Shown: positions 1-9,504, counted from the stretch's first letter. The stretch is DNA of 35,639 nt from a virus (IMGVR_UViG_3300028676_000015:1-35639), one strand, 5' to 3'. Notes: generated by a model not told the origin, from the sequence alone. Program-made: numbers and translations.

Positions 1-220
1 ATTTTGTGTTGAAAATAAGATCATTAGTATCTGATGCATGTGTACTTCTACCAATCATTTTTCCTGATTTGACGTCCCATAGGTTTGGGTCAATTTCAGT
101 TTTCATACTAAAGCGGGTTTCGTTGCCGTCAACGGTGATACGGCACATAAGGGGTACGTTCCCATTTTTCTTTTGCTTGTCTCTTTTCAGGAAGAAAAGT
201 ACGCTAAATGTTGTTTTCAT
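1..220 (-). CDS. N-terminus of a Bacteroidetes tyrosine recombinase (arm-DNA-binding domain) from a neighbouring integrative element; runs off the window
   Basis: Not in the ORF track. Manual translation from ATG at 220 gives MKTTFSVLFFLKRDKQKKNGNVPLMCRITVDGNETRFSMKTEIDPNLWDVKSGKMIGRS, a typical Bacteroidetes integrase N-terminus. Confidence 0.85.
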   Translation of the reverse strand, partial: MKTTFSVLFFLKRDKQKKNGNVPLMCRITVDGNETRFSMKTEIDPNLWDVKSGKMIGRSTHASDTNDLIFNTK

Positions 221-423
221 AATCTCAAAATTGAATTACAAAGTTAGACTTAATAAATTGTTAATGAGAGTTATGCAGACTGCCAATGTCAGACAGGGAA
301 GTGCCTATTTCGGACAGATCGTACCCCAAACGGGGAAAATAGGAAAGGGGTATGAATTAGGAAATCAAGTAGGTCAATCTTTGTCCTTTTTCTGTCCTTT
401 TCGGGAAAGTATAAAACAAAGAA

Positions 424-457
424 AAAACCCTACAAATCACTGGATTTGTAGGGTTTT
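424..457 (-). terminator. Intrinsic terminator-like hairpin downstream of the tRNA 3' remnant
   Basis: Perfect 15-bp inverted repeat AAAACCCTACAAATC / GATTTGTAGGGTTTT with a 4-nt loop, flanked by A/T runs. Confidence 0.65.
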
Positions 458-491
458 ACGCTTTTTTGTCGCTAACTGTCGTAGCTTCTGG

Positions 492-504
492 GCGGAGAGA
501 GAGG
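492..504 (-). other. Probable att core: displaced 3' end of a tRNA-Ser gene
   Basis: Reverse complement CCTCTCTCTCCGC resembles the acceptor 3' end of GGAGAG-starting tRNA-Ser. No full tRNA is present. It lies between two integrases. Confidence 0.6.
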
Positions 505-647
505 CTCCGCGGTATATGTATAAGTAGAATTAAATAAAGATCAAAAATACTGTTTTTATGCTAGTTATCAGAATCTAATATATAATTAAGATACATCAAA
601 GAGCAGTTAAGCTAATCTGTTTTAGTGTCCGTTTTTTGTATTAGACA

Positions 648-2021
648 CTAAACGCGATTGAATAACGACATAGATTTTTCTTTTAATGAATCGACAATTG
701 CAACGTAAGGTTTCATACTCTCATAATCACTATGCCCAGTCCACGACATTACCACCTCAGCAGCTATGCCCAAAAATAGAGCATTAACGATGAATGTGCG
801 CCGACCACAATGGGTGGTTAATAATTCGTATTTTGGGTAAACCTCCTCATATCTATTATTTCCAATGAAATAAACAATTCTAATCGGGTCGTCTATTCCT
901 ATGACACTTCCCATTATTTTTAGGTGATCGTTCATTCTCTCGTTACTTATTACGGGCAAAGCAAGATCATCGTGAAATACATGATCTTTATACTTATCAA
1001 GTATTGATTTGCTATAATCATTCAAATCTATTTTAAGCCCATCTACGGTTTTTTTTGTTACAACTGATATAAACGTTTCTTTCACGTCGGAACGTCTCAA
1101 TTTTGCAACGTCTGAATACCGGAGAGAGGTGAAACAGCAAAAACAGAATACATCCCGGACTCGTTCTAATGCTTTTTTATTTTCATCGTCCAAGTCAATT
1201 TCATGATCTGAATCTTTGACTTTCTTTTTCGCTTTAGTAAAATCAAAATTATAGACTTTCATCAACTCTTCCCATGTAAGGAAAATCACAACTTTACTAT
1301 TTCCGTCAGTACCCTTTAATTTTGGTCTGAATGTTTCATGAGCCTTACCTTGATAATAATTTTTATGGCTTGACCAGCGTAAAAACCATTTTAAAAATCC
1401 TACATTCTTGGCAATGGTTGTATTTTTCATTCCTGTTTCAGATTTTGGCAAAGTCAATTGCATGGCTTCCTTTGTTTGCTGGTATTGTACAAAAGAAATC
1501 AACACTGAATTATCCTCATCCGTCAAGTCTGAAAATGAAATGTCTGATTTGAAATTTTCAAGATGCTTTTTTAATGCTCCAAATTTTGTGTAAGTTGGCT
1601 CTTCCCATGAGTTTTCGGCTCCCATTTTTTCAACAAATTCATCAAATACATCAAAAAACTGTTTTTCCTCTTTTTTCTTTTCCGGTTGTTTCCCGTTTGC
1701 GACATTAAAAGCAGTTCTAAATTCTTCAATTGTAGGGGTGTGATTTTCCTTTTCAAAATCAAGAAAGACAGATTCTGCAATCCCATCGAATTTTTGAATT
1801 TCTCTATTTATAATATTTGCCTGTACCTTTTTCTTTCCGTGTGTTGTTGATAGCTTGCAGCGTTGTGTCTCTTTGCTCCATTTGTTAACGTCAACACGGT
1901 ACCCAACATTGAAATCAACTATACTTTTATTGCTGTTCCATTTAATTCGGTACTTAAGTTTAGCATCTGGTTTACCTGCTTCTTTACCTAACAAAAATTG
2001 ACAGGTTCTTTTTATATTCAT
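648..2021 (-). CDS. int: Prophage tyrosine integrase
   Basis: Catalytic motifs TSLRYSD, KKT, THCGRR, WTGH and MKPY, with N-terminal arm/SAM-like regions. Confidence 0.95.
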   Translation of the reverse strand: MNIKRTCQFLLGKEAGKPDAKLKYRIKWNSNKSIVDFNVGYRVDVNKWSKETQRCKLSTTHGKKKVQANIINREIQKFDGIAESVFLDFEKENHTPTIEEFRTAFNVANGKQPEKKKEEKQFFDVFDEFVEKMGAENSWEEPTYTKFGALKKHLENFKSDISFSDLTDEDNSVLISFVQYQQTKEAMQLTLPKSETGMKNTTIAKNVGFLKWFLRWSSHKNYYQGKAHETFRPKLKGTDGNSKVVIFLTWEELMKVYNFDFTKAKKKVKDSDHEIDLDDENKKALERVRDVFCFCCFTSLRYSDVAKLRRSDVKETFISVVTKKTVDGLKIDLNDYSKSILDKYKDHVFHDDLALPVISNERMNDHLKIMGSVIGIDDPIRIVYFIGNNRYEEVYPKYELLTTHCGRRTFIVNALFLGIAAEVVMSWTGHSDYESMKPYVAIVDSLKEKSMSLFNRV

Positions 2022-2281
2022 TGTTTCTTCTTTGCAAACATTTCACCTTTGCCGGTCATAAGCCATTGAGATGATATACCGTAATCGTTTATTAAATACG
2101 CAAGCCATGCCATTTGGAAAATATCACGAGACATGTCTTTTTCAAGCGTGTTGAAGTTCCATCGATTTATTTCATATTTTGCTGTAAACGTTTGTTTCCC
2201 TCGTATTATTTTGAGGCTTTTAAGCATGTATATTGCCTCAAAGAAACGCTTTATTATTTTTTGGCTGTCTTCTGATTGCAT
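2018..2281 (-). CDS. Small HTH-like protein coupled to the integrase
   Basis: C-terminal ISSQWLMTGKGEMF resembles the end of XRE/CI HTH domains. ATGA overlap with int. Confidence 0.55.
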   Translation of the reverse strand: MQSEDSQKIIKRFFEAIYMLKSLKIIRGKQTFTAKYEINRWNFNTLEKDMSRDIFQMAWLAYLINDYGISSQWLMTGKGEMFAKKKQ

Positions 2282-2287
2282 AATAGT

Positions 2288-2815
2288 TTATTTAGAACAA
2301 ATTGAAACTTTAAATTCAAACTCATATTCACGTGTCTTTTCACCGGATTTAATAGGGAAGATAAGTCTTATACTTGTATCGCCGTAATATTTTATTCCAG
2401 CTTTGAAAAATAGATCAGAAACGTAGTTTCGACCATCTTTTACATAACTTTCAAAAGGGTAAATAGATTTCGATATTTCGGTTTTAGATGCAATTTGGCT
2501 TTCACCTTTTGAAGCGCTTTTATTTATTATAAGCGTATTGTCAAATAATAGTGGCGAAGATTGTTTGTTGACTACAAACAACGCATTATCCCAGATACAT
2601 GACATTTTTACATTTGTTTTATTCTCTATAGTTACACCCCAAAAAGTCTTTGTTGGTTTAAATGTAAATTTAACACTATCATTTTCCCAGCTCATTTGAT
2701 TGGTGACTGGTTTTATCATTGTAATACAACAGCCTGATAATTTGACTGGGTAATTCTGGCAAAAAGCAGAAAAATTGAATAATAGAATCACTGCTGTAAA
2801 AAATATTTTTCTCAT
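2288..2815 (-). CDS. Exported protein of unknown function in the lysogeny operon
   Basis: Signal-peptide-like N-terminus MRKIFFTAVILLFNFSAFCQ. Co-oriented between cI and int. Confidence 0.6.
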   Translation of the reverse strand: MRKIFFTAVILLFNFSAFCQNYPVKLSGCCITMIKPVTNQMSWENDSVKFTFKPTKTFWGVTIENKTNVKMSCIWDNALFVVNKQSSPLLFDNTLIINKSASKGESQIASKTEISKSIYPFESYVKDGRNYVSDLFFKAGIKYYGDTSIRLIFPIKSGEKTREYEFEFKVSICSK

Positions 2816-2838
2816 AACGTTATATTTTAAGTGTTTAA

Positions 2839-3531
2839 TTATCGCCTCCTTTGTCTTGATATTTCTATAATATTGAATAACTGTGCAATTTCATTCAACT
2901 TTAGAACTCTATCCGGGTATTCATCATTCAATGAGTGTATCGTAATCTCACAAAGTTCTGTGTCGTGTTTTATTATTCTTTTAATAAGTATTCCATCGGT
3001 TCGATGCACAATAGCAAAATCCCATTTTCGTATGTGTAATTTTGATTTCCATAATTCTCTTTTTATCTCCCGACAAAGGAGCTTGTCACCTTCAACGATA
3101 CTGTCTTCGGTTCCATTATTCATACTATCGCCTTTTACTTCTATACAGACATAATTTCCCTTTGGATTTTCTTCATTCACGAAAAAAGGAACTTTTGGAA
3201 GTACGTCAACGTATTCAGTGTCAGCAAATCCTGCCAAGTATCCGGCGTATCCATACTGAGAGATAAATGGGACAGAAATTACGTCTGGATTTTTTACCTG
3301 AATTGCTTCCGATTTACTTACGTACATATCTCCATTTCCATTTAAAAGCCATTCTCTATTTACATTGAAGTATTTTGCAAGTAGATCAGTGTTCTTAATA
3401 TTCAATTTTGTGGTATTATCATTCAGCAATCTACTTAGTGATGACTGTGATATACCTGTTTTTAATGATATTTCGTAAGCGGTTACACCCTTTGTTTCAA
3501 TAAGTTTAGAAATTCTTTCCGATAGATTCAT
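2839..3531 (-). CDS. cI: CI-like repressor (XRE HTH + S24 peptidase)
   Basis: N-terminal HTH (TAYEISLKTGISQSSLSRLL), Ala-Gly candidate cleavage site (YAGY), VKGDSM Ser and IKRI Lys. Confidence 0.93.
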   Translation of the reverse strand: MNLSERISKLIETKGVTAYEISLKTGISQSSLSRLLNDNTTKLNIKNTDLLAKYFNVNREWLLNGNGDMYVSKSEAIQVKNPDVISVPFISQYGYAGYLAGFADTEYVDVLPKVPFFVNEENPKGNYVCIEVKGDSMNNGTEDSIVEGDKLLCREIKRELWKSKLHIRKWDFAIVHRTDGILIKRIIKHDTELCEITIHSLNDEYPDRVLKLNEIAQLFNIIEISRQRRR

Positions 3532-3569
3532 ATTTTGACAAGTTTATAAATTATTGATTGAAAGCATTA

Positions 3570-3688
3570 TGCAAGTAATTAGTAATTATTAACTCAAATA
3601 TATTGCATTATACTTGCATATTACTTGCACAACTTGTATTTTTGCAAAGTATTTAATTCGAATAGCAATTAAACACACTGCAAAAATA
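3570..3688. promoter_or_regulatory. Lysis/lysogeny switch: promoters and candidate CI operators
   Basis: TAnnTTTG -7 boxes at 3637-3644 (+) and 3681-3688 (-). TACTTGCA/TGCAAGTA at 3570-3577, 3611-3618 and 3622-3629. Confidence 0.55.
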
Positions 3689-3736
3689 CAAATAAAAATA
3701 ACATGTAAAACAATTAAGCAAATAAAATATGTGATT

Positions 3737-3979
3737 ATGTCGAAAACACAATTGAAAACGAAGTATCAAATCGAAAAAGAAGCTCGGGAATTAGCAATCT
3801 ACAATGATTACAATGAACTAATGAAAGAACCGGGAGCAATGTCAACGGCTGTAACAAGCCACTTACAAAAGAAATACAATTTGCACGCACCGTCATCAAT
3901 TTGGCAGGCTCGCAAAAGATCGGAAGAGAGAATAAAAAAAAGTGAAATCCAAAAAATGCAAGAAAATGGAAGTAAGTAA
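3737..3979 (+). CDS. Cro-position small DNA-binding protein
   Basis: First gene divergent from cI. Basic and helical (MSKTQLKTKY...). The ATG at 3737 is preferred over the track start. Confidence 0.6.
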   Translation: MSKTQLKTKYQIEKEARELAIYNDYNELMKEPGAMSTAVTSHLQKKYNLHAPSSIWQARKRSEERIKKSEIQKMQENGSK

Positions 3980-4235
3980 AACTAAAAGTTGGAATACAAT
4001 TCACGACACCGCAAATCGTCGAATGATACATCAATTCGAATGTGGATTATCTGTTGTCGTTGACTGGGGGAATATGAAACTAAAATCATTTAGAAATGGT
4101 GAGGTAATAACAAGTTCTGATTTCATTGAAAACAAAGTTAGCTTAGCTGATTACGAGAACCTATTGCTGACAGTTGAAAAAAGTGTCGAGGAACTAAAAT
4201 CATTCAACAATGGACAACACAACAACAACAATTAA
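3966..4235 (+). CDS. Hypothetical protein
   Basis: ORF overlapping its neighbours in the early operon. Confidence 0.6.
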   Translation: MEVSKTKSWNTIHDTANRRMIHQFECGLSVVVDWGNMKLKSFRNGEVITSSDFIENKVSLADYENLLLTVEKSVEELKSFNNGQHNNNN

Positions 4236-4521
4236 AGACTTGAATCGACCTCTTTTCTCGCTAACGACAGGGGAGTTTCTGAGCCTGATTGAAAATTCCA
4301 GTAAACAGACAGTTATTGAAATAGCAAAACCGGAAGAATCAAAAAAATATGCATACGGTTTGAAAGGGCTGGCGAGTCTTCTGGGTTGCTCAACAGTGAC
4401 AGCGTCGAAATTAAAAGGGAGCGGAATTTTTGATAAGGCTATCACCCAGGTTGGTCGAAAAATAATTATCGATACCGAAAAAGTATTAGAGCTTAATAGG
4501 CTCTCAAAATCTAAAAAATAG
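4210..4521 (+). CDS. DUF3853-family, excisionase-like DNA-binding protein
   Basis: YAYGLKGLASLLGCS...AITQVGRKIIID is characteristic of Bacteroidetes DUF3853 proteins. Confidence 0.8.
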   Translation: MDNTTTTIKDLNRPLFSLTTGEFLSLIENSSKQTVIEIAKPEESKKYAYGLKGLASLLGCSTVTASKLKGSGIFDKAITQVGRKIIIDTEKVLELNRLSKSKK

Positions 4522-4545
4522 TATTAATCCCAAAATCAAATTATT

Positions 4546-4797
4546 ATGTTCGGAGTTAAAATCATTTCATCGAAAACGCACAAGGTTACAAACGCAGCAC
4601 TAAAGGATGCTACTAATGTCGTGAAATCATTAACTAATAGCCTTTCGGAGAAAGAAAGTAAAATTGAAGAATTGACATTGAAATTGTACTTGCAAACCTT
4701 AGAATTAAAATCTGTAATCGAAGAGCGTCAAAAGCTGATCTATAATCAGCGTGATAATCACGGACGTTTATTACGGAATTTGAACAAAGGGGAGTAA
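4546..4797 (+). CDS. Hypothetical coiled-coil protein
   Basis: Heptad-rich ORF within the operon. Confidence 0.55.
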   Translation: MFGVKIISSKTHKVTNAALKDATNVVKSLTNSLSEKESKIEELTLKLYLQTLELKSVIEERQKLIYNQRDNHGRLLRNLNKGE

Positions 4798-4817
4798 CAT
4801 TTTAAAAACCAAATAAC

Positions 4818-6827
4818 ATGAATGTAAGATTAGAAAAATTAACCTTGATTTACTTCAAAGGTAAACAACGACTTGAAGTCAATTTCAATTATCCCGAAAC
4901 GCTTATTTTGGGCGAAAATGGAACCGGCAAATCAACCGTTTCGGATGCTTGGCACTGGCTTTTATTTGGCAAGGATAGCGTAGGGCGTTCCGTGAAAACT
5001 GCAACATCAGATGGATTTGAGCTAAAGACACTTACAAATGAAAACGAGGTTATACCTTCGGTAGATCATGAAGTAATAGGCGAACTTTATTGCGATAATC
5101 GCAAAGTTACGCTTCGTAAGATTTACCGGGAAGATTGGGTAAAACCTCGGGGAGCAATAACCGCAGTTTTGAAAGGACACACCAATGTGTGCTATTTTGA
5201 CGGTGTCCCTGTAGATATGGGCGAATATAACCGCCGTATAAACGACATTATTCCAGAGGCTCTTTTCAAGCTTATCACAAACCCGATGCATTATAATTCA
5301 TTGCATTGGCAAGAACGTAGAAAAGTGCTTATCAATATGGCTGGGAATATCTCAGATATTGAAATTGCAGCATTACACCCCGAATTTCAAATGCTTTTGG
5401 AAAGTTTAGAGGGTAAATCGCTTGCAGATTTTAAAGCAAAAATAGGGGCTGAAAAGGCAACGATTAAAAAGGAGTTTGATTTGCTGCCAACAAAAATATC
5501 AACCGTCCGTGAAGGTATGGCAGAGGTTCAGGATTGGGTGTTTTTGGAATCGGAAATTGCAAGGCTTCAAACTGATATTGATGGTATTGACATTGCAATT
5601 GGAAATGCTTCTGAGTCATATAAAACAGTTCTTAAAGGTGTACAAGAAAAACAACTGAAAATTAATGAGCTGAAAACAACCAAACAAAACGCTATTCAAA
5701 AGGCAAGAACTGCAGAACAGAACCGAGTTTTTGAAGCAAACCAAAAACGTCGGGAGCTTGAAAATGTAATCTTAGGTTTAAAACGTGAACTATCAACAAT
5801 CCAAACAAACGTTGAAAACCTCATCCGTGAACGCGACATAGTGCAGGGAAGTATCGACAGGACAAATTTAAAAATATCTAATCTTCGTAACGATTGGAGT
5901 ACTGAAAATTCACGTGAATACAAAGAGGTTGACGGCTGCCTAACATGCCCAATTTACGAACATGAATGTACAGATGCTATTGCACAAGATAAGCACGCAG
6001 GTTCACGAGACAAAGCCCGTGAGACATTCAATGCAAAGAAGAAAGAGAAGCTCGCAGATATAAACAAAGAGGGCTCTGATTTAAGCGCTAAAATTCCAAA
6101 ACTACAGGAGCAAATAGACGGGTATAATCGGGATATTGAAAAATATGCTGAACATCGGGAGTCAAAACAAAAGGACTTAGATTTTAGAATTTCTGAATTA
6201 GAGCTAACGCCTATTGAACAGGAGAAAACACCAATCCCAGAAACATTGCCTGATTGGGTTTCCGCAGATTCAAAGATCAAAGAAATCGAGGAGACAATTA
6301 CCGAAATAAATCCGGTGGACAATATAGAACTTATCCAACAAAAACGGGGTATTGTTTTAGAAATTGATGCTTTGAAAAAACGGTTAAACACAAAGGAAAA
6401 CATCGAATCTGATGAACGTAGAATCGACCAATATACGAAATCTCAGCAGGAAATGGCACAACAAATCTCCGATTTAGAATCGCAAGAATATCAAGTTATG
6501 CAGTTCACAAAAGCCAAATTTGCAGAGGTCGAAAATCGGATAAATAGCAAGTTTAAACTTGTAAAATTCAAACTGTTTAACTACACGACAGAGGGAAACG
6601 AAGTAGAGGTTTGCGAAACGCTTGTCGACGGAGTTCCATTTTCAAGCGCAAACACAGCAGGTCGAATTAATGCTGGCTTGGATATTATCAACGCTCTTTG
6701 CGAATATTATGGTTATACAGCTCCGATTTTCATAGATAATCGTGAAAGTGTAAATGACCTTATTCCTTGTGAGTCTCAAATAATCAATCTTATCGTTACT
6801 AAAGACAAAAATCTAATAATCAACTAA
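4818..6827 (+). CDS. SbcC/Rad50-like ATPase with long coiled coil
   Basis: Walker A GENGTGKS, central coiled coil with Cys cluster CLTCPIYEHEC, and C-terminal SANTAG / PIFIDNRES. Confidence 0.85.
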   Translation: MNVRLEKLTLIYFKGKQRLEVNFNYPETLILGENGTGKSTVSDAWHWLLFGKDSVGRSVKTATSDGFELKTLTNENEVIPSVDHEVIGELYCDNRKVTLRKIYREDWVKPRGAITAVLKGHTNVCYFDGVPVDMGEYNRRINDIIPEALFKLITNPMHYNSLHWQERRKVLINMAGNISDIEIAALHPEFQMLLESLEGKSLADFKAKIGAEKATIKKEFDLLPTKISTVREGMAEVQDWVFLESEIARLQTDIDGIDIAIGNASESYKTVLKGVQEKQLKINELKTTKQNAIQKARTAEQNRVFEANQKRRELENVILGLKRELSTIQTNVENLIRERDIVQGSIDRTNLKISNLRNDWSTENSREYKEVDGCLTCPIYEHECTDAIAQDKHAGSRDKARETFNAKKKEKLADINKEGSDLSAKIPKLQEQIDGYNRDIEKYAEHRESKQKDLDFRISELELTPIEQEKTPIPETLPDWVSADSKIKEIEETITEINPVDNIELIQQKRGIVLEIDALKKRLNTKENIESDERRIDQYTKSQQEMAQQISDLESQEYQVMQFTKAKFAEVENRINSKFKLVKFKLFNYTTEGNEVEVCETLVDGVPFSSANTAGRINAGLDIINALCEYYGYTAPIFIDNRESVNDLIPCESQIINLIVTKDKNLIIN

Positions 6828-6841
6828 ATAGCAATAAAAGT

Positions 6842-7144
6842 ATGAAAATTGAAAAGAAAGAATTAGAATCTGAATTTTTAAAGACAGTTTCAGATCGTCT
6901 ATTACCACTTGCAGAAATGACAAAAGGTGATAATGAAAGGGTGTTAATTGTAATTGCAACGGACGAACAAAGTGATAAACAGTCTGCTTTGGTTGGAGCC
7001 TTAGCGGGTCGGGATTGCGATATTGCTGAAACTCTTGTAAACCTGATTGAAAATGATGATGATTTTTCAAAAGCTTTAGAAAAAGCAATGAAAATGGTTG
7101 TTGTTAAACACTTTGCAGAATATTTATTAAATAAGGAGGACTAA
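6842..7144 (+). CDS. Hypothetical protein
   Basis: ORF within the operon. Confidence 0.6.
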   Translation: MKIEKKELESEFLKTVSDRLLPLAEMTKGDNERVLIVIATDEQSDKQSALVGALAGRDCDIAETLVNLIENDDDFSKALEKAMKMVVVKHFAEYLLNKED

Positions 7145-7146
7145 AA

Positions 7147-8184
7147 ATGACACCGCAAGAAATCGAAGAACAAGAAAGAAAATTGGCTGAAAAGAATCAG
7201 GGATTATTTTCAAGTACGGCGGCAGATGCCGGCACAAAACCAATTGCAGCACCCAAAAGAGTAGTAACACCCCCGGTTCAACCAACACCAGCCCCCGGGG
7301 CGCAAGCTCCCGCAGTACAACCCGTAAAAACACAGGCGGCAGCATTGCGGGACATCCAAAACGAAACGACGGTAAAAGTATTGGAGCATGTACAAGCATT
7401 GCAGGATGCCGGTGATTTGAAACTTCCTGAAAATTACGCAGCAGGGAATCAAATAAAATTGGCATGGTTAAACCTATTGGAGGTTGAGGATAGAAGCGGG
7501 CATAAAGCATTAGAGGTTTGCACGAAAGAAAGTATTGCAAATTCATTGCTTGAAATGCTTGTAAAGGGATTATCAATAGCAAAGAAACAGTGTGATTTCA
7601 TTGTATATGGTAACAAGCTTACGCTTCAAGAAGAATACCACGGTACAATTGCCCTAGCCCGTCGTATGGGTGGCGTTGTCGGTGTTCCAACTGGTAATGT
7701 GATTTACGAAGGCGACGAATTTGCTTACGAAATTGACCCAAGTACAGGGCGCAAACGCATTATTAAGCACGTACAGGATTTTATGAACATTGACATGAAT
7801 AAAATCAAAGGTGCTTATGCTACGCTACAACTTTCTGATGGTTCAACGCATGTTGAAATTATGAATATGAGTCAAATTCGACAAGCGTGGATGCAAGGTG
7901 CAGCAAAAGGACAAAGCCCGGCACATAAAAACTTTCCTGACCAAATGGCAATCAAAACAGTTATTTCGCGTGGTTGCAAGCTGTTTATAAGCACTTCGGA
8001 CGATGCCGGGCTATACAATACTCTCGGAGATGAAACAGCTGACGAAGCGCATTCACAACAGCCCGGTTTGAAACAGCCAACTGAGCTAAAGAAAACATTG
8101 CAGATTGAGGATATTCCGCATACGGAGCTAAAGTCTGAAAAAACTGTAGAGACGGCACAACCTATTGCAAAACCAGACTTTTAA
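7147..8184 (+). CDS. recT: RecT-family single-strand annealing protein
   Basis: CTKESIANSLL, GLS-AKKQC-FIVYG, IYEGDEF, IKGAYA and FPDQMAIKTVISR motifs. Confidence 0.88.
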   Translation: MTPQEIEEQERKLAEKNQGLFSSTAADAGTKPIAAPKRVVTPPVQPTPAPGAQAPAVQPVKTQAAALRDIQNETTVKVLEHVQALQDAGDLKLPENYAAGNQIKLAWLNLLEVEDRSGHKALEVCTKESIANSLLEMLVKGLSIAKKQCDFIVYGNKLTLQEEYHGTIALARRMGGVVGVPTGNVIYEGDEFAYEIDPSTGRKRIIKHVQDFMNIDMNKIKGAYATLQLSDGSTHVEIMNMSQIRQAWMQGAAKGQSPAHKNFPDQMAIKTVISRGCKLFISTSDDAGLYNTLGDETADEAHSQQPGLKQPTELKKTLQIEDIPHTELKSEKTVETAQPIAKPDF

Positions 8185-8270
8185 TGGCAAGGTACGCGCT
8201 AAGAAATCAACAAAAGATAATCGGCTCCATAGGGGCTGATTATCTAAAACAACTGACAAAGAAGTTATGA
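8184..8270 (+). pseudogene. 28-aa truncated paralog of ORF 9501-9767
   Basis: MARYALRNQQKIIGSIGADYLKQLTKKL versus MRYALRNQSKI. Coupled to both flanking genes by TAATG and ATGA overlaps. Confidence 0.5.
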
Positions 8271-9004
8271 AACTCACAGTACTTGGAAGCAGCAGTTTAG
8301 GAAACTGCTATTTATTGCATAATGAAAGAGAATGCCTTATTATCGAAGCGGGTATAAAATTCTTAGAGGTAAAAAAGGCACTCAATTTCAAAATATCGCA
8401 GATAGTTGGATTATTAGTCTCACATGAGCACGGAGATCACGCCGCATTTTTACACGAATACGTGAAAGCTGGAATTCCGATTTGTGCATCTAAAGGAACT
8501 CTATCTAGTAGAAATATTGGAACAAATAATCTAAAGCCTACATTGGCAGAAAAAACAGTGAAATTTGGCGGGTTCCGTGTAATGGCATTTGACACAATTC
8601 ACGATTCTGCAGAACCATTTGGTTTCTTGATAAATCATGACGAAATGGGAACTTGTCTTTTTGCTACAGACACAGCAGATTTAGACTACGAATTTTCAGG
8701 TTTGAACAACTTACTTATTGAAGCTAACTATAGCGATGAGATAGTATACGAACGCATTTATAATGGAAAGCTAAATGCAAAGCAGCAAGAACGTACTGTA
8801 AAATCACACATGAGCCTTGAAAGTTGTGAAAAATTCCTGAAATCAAATGATTTGACTTCCGTGAATAACATTGTACTTATCCACTTATCGGATGGAAATA
8901 GTAACTCAGAGCAGTTCCGTAATCGCATAGGCAAGGCAACCGGAAAAACTGTATTGATTGCCGAAAAAAACATGAGTATTAACTTTAACAAAGCGCCTTT
9001 TTAA
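8267..9004 (+). CDS. Metallo-beta-lactamase-fold nuclease (YycJ/WalJ-like)
   Basis: LGSSSLGN, SHEHGDH, HDS, ATDT, SHMS and LIHLS motifs. Confidence 0.88.
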   Translation: MKLTVLGSSSLGNCYLLHNERECLIIEAGIKFLEVKKALNFKISQIVGLLVSHEHGDHAAFLHEYVKAGIPICASKGTLSSRNIGTNNLKPTLAEKTVKFGGFRVMAFDTIHDSAEPFGFLINHDEMGTCLFATDTADLDYEFSGLNNLLIEANYSDEIVYERIYNGKLNAKQQERTVKSHMSLESCEKFLKSNDLTSVNNIVLIHLSDGNSNSEQFRNRIGKATGKTVLIAEKNMSINFNKAPF

Positions 9005-9006
9005 AG

Positions 9007-9504
9007 ATGACACAATTTACAAATGAAAATAGAACACGATATTATGGACTTAGAGTCGGTGATATTATAAATGCTAAATCACTCAATGGAACTGTTTGGG
9101 GTAAAAGCAAGGTTTTGGAACTTGTTTCAATGGACAACAACAAGGTTCTTATTGAAAGCAAGAATGGAACTCCTATCGAGTGGATTGCTGAGTGGTGTGA
9201 AATTGTGACTAAGGTTGAAGATATTGAAAAAGAGCAATGGAAACCTGGGAAAAATGGTGGATGCGTAGTTTCTAATATAATCCCCCAAAGAACTTGCTAT
9301 AAAGACTCTGATTTTGGAAGTGAGAAAGAGTATTATGGCGGCTATTTGATTGCAGAAAGTATTCCAGACAATCAAAAATTAAAGCTAATTGCAGCCGCCC
9401 CTGAGTTGCTTGAAGTTTTACAAACAATAGAAAACGACGATAATTATATTCCACAATGGCTTTGGATTAGAATAAAACAAGCAATAAAAAACGCAACCGA
9501 ATGA
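9007..9504 (+). CDS. Phage accessory protein, IAAAPELL family
   Basis: KLIAAAPELLEVL...AIKNATE C-terminus. Confidence 0.65.
   Translation: MTQFTNENRTRYYGLRVGDIINAKSLNGTVWGKSKVLELVSMDNNKVLIESKNGTPIEWIAEWCEIVTKVEDIEKEQWKPGKNGGCVVSNIIPQRTCYKDSDFGSEKEYYGGYLIAESIPDNQKLKLIAAAPELLEVLQTIENDDNYIPQWLWIRIKQAIKNATE

Noticed and set aside
6-527. 173-aa + strand ORF
   Set aside because: It is a shadow of the minus-strand integrase start and spans the terminator/att region; its composition is not protein-like.
470-560. Complete tRNA gene
   Set aside because: Only ~13 nt of the 3' end match; there is no T-loop GTTCGA or anticodon arm.
3614-3736. Upstream extension of the Cro ORF
   Set aside because: It overlaps the promoter/operator elements; the ATG at 3737 is more plausible.
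5022-7582. Multiple antisense ORFs over the ATPase and RecT, and similar ones over the structural genes
   Set aside because: They are fully nested opposite well-supported genes and show no motifs.
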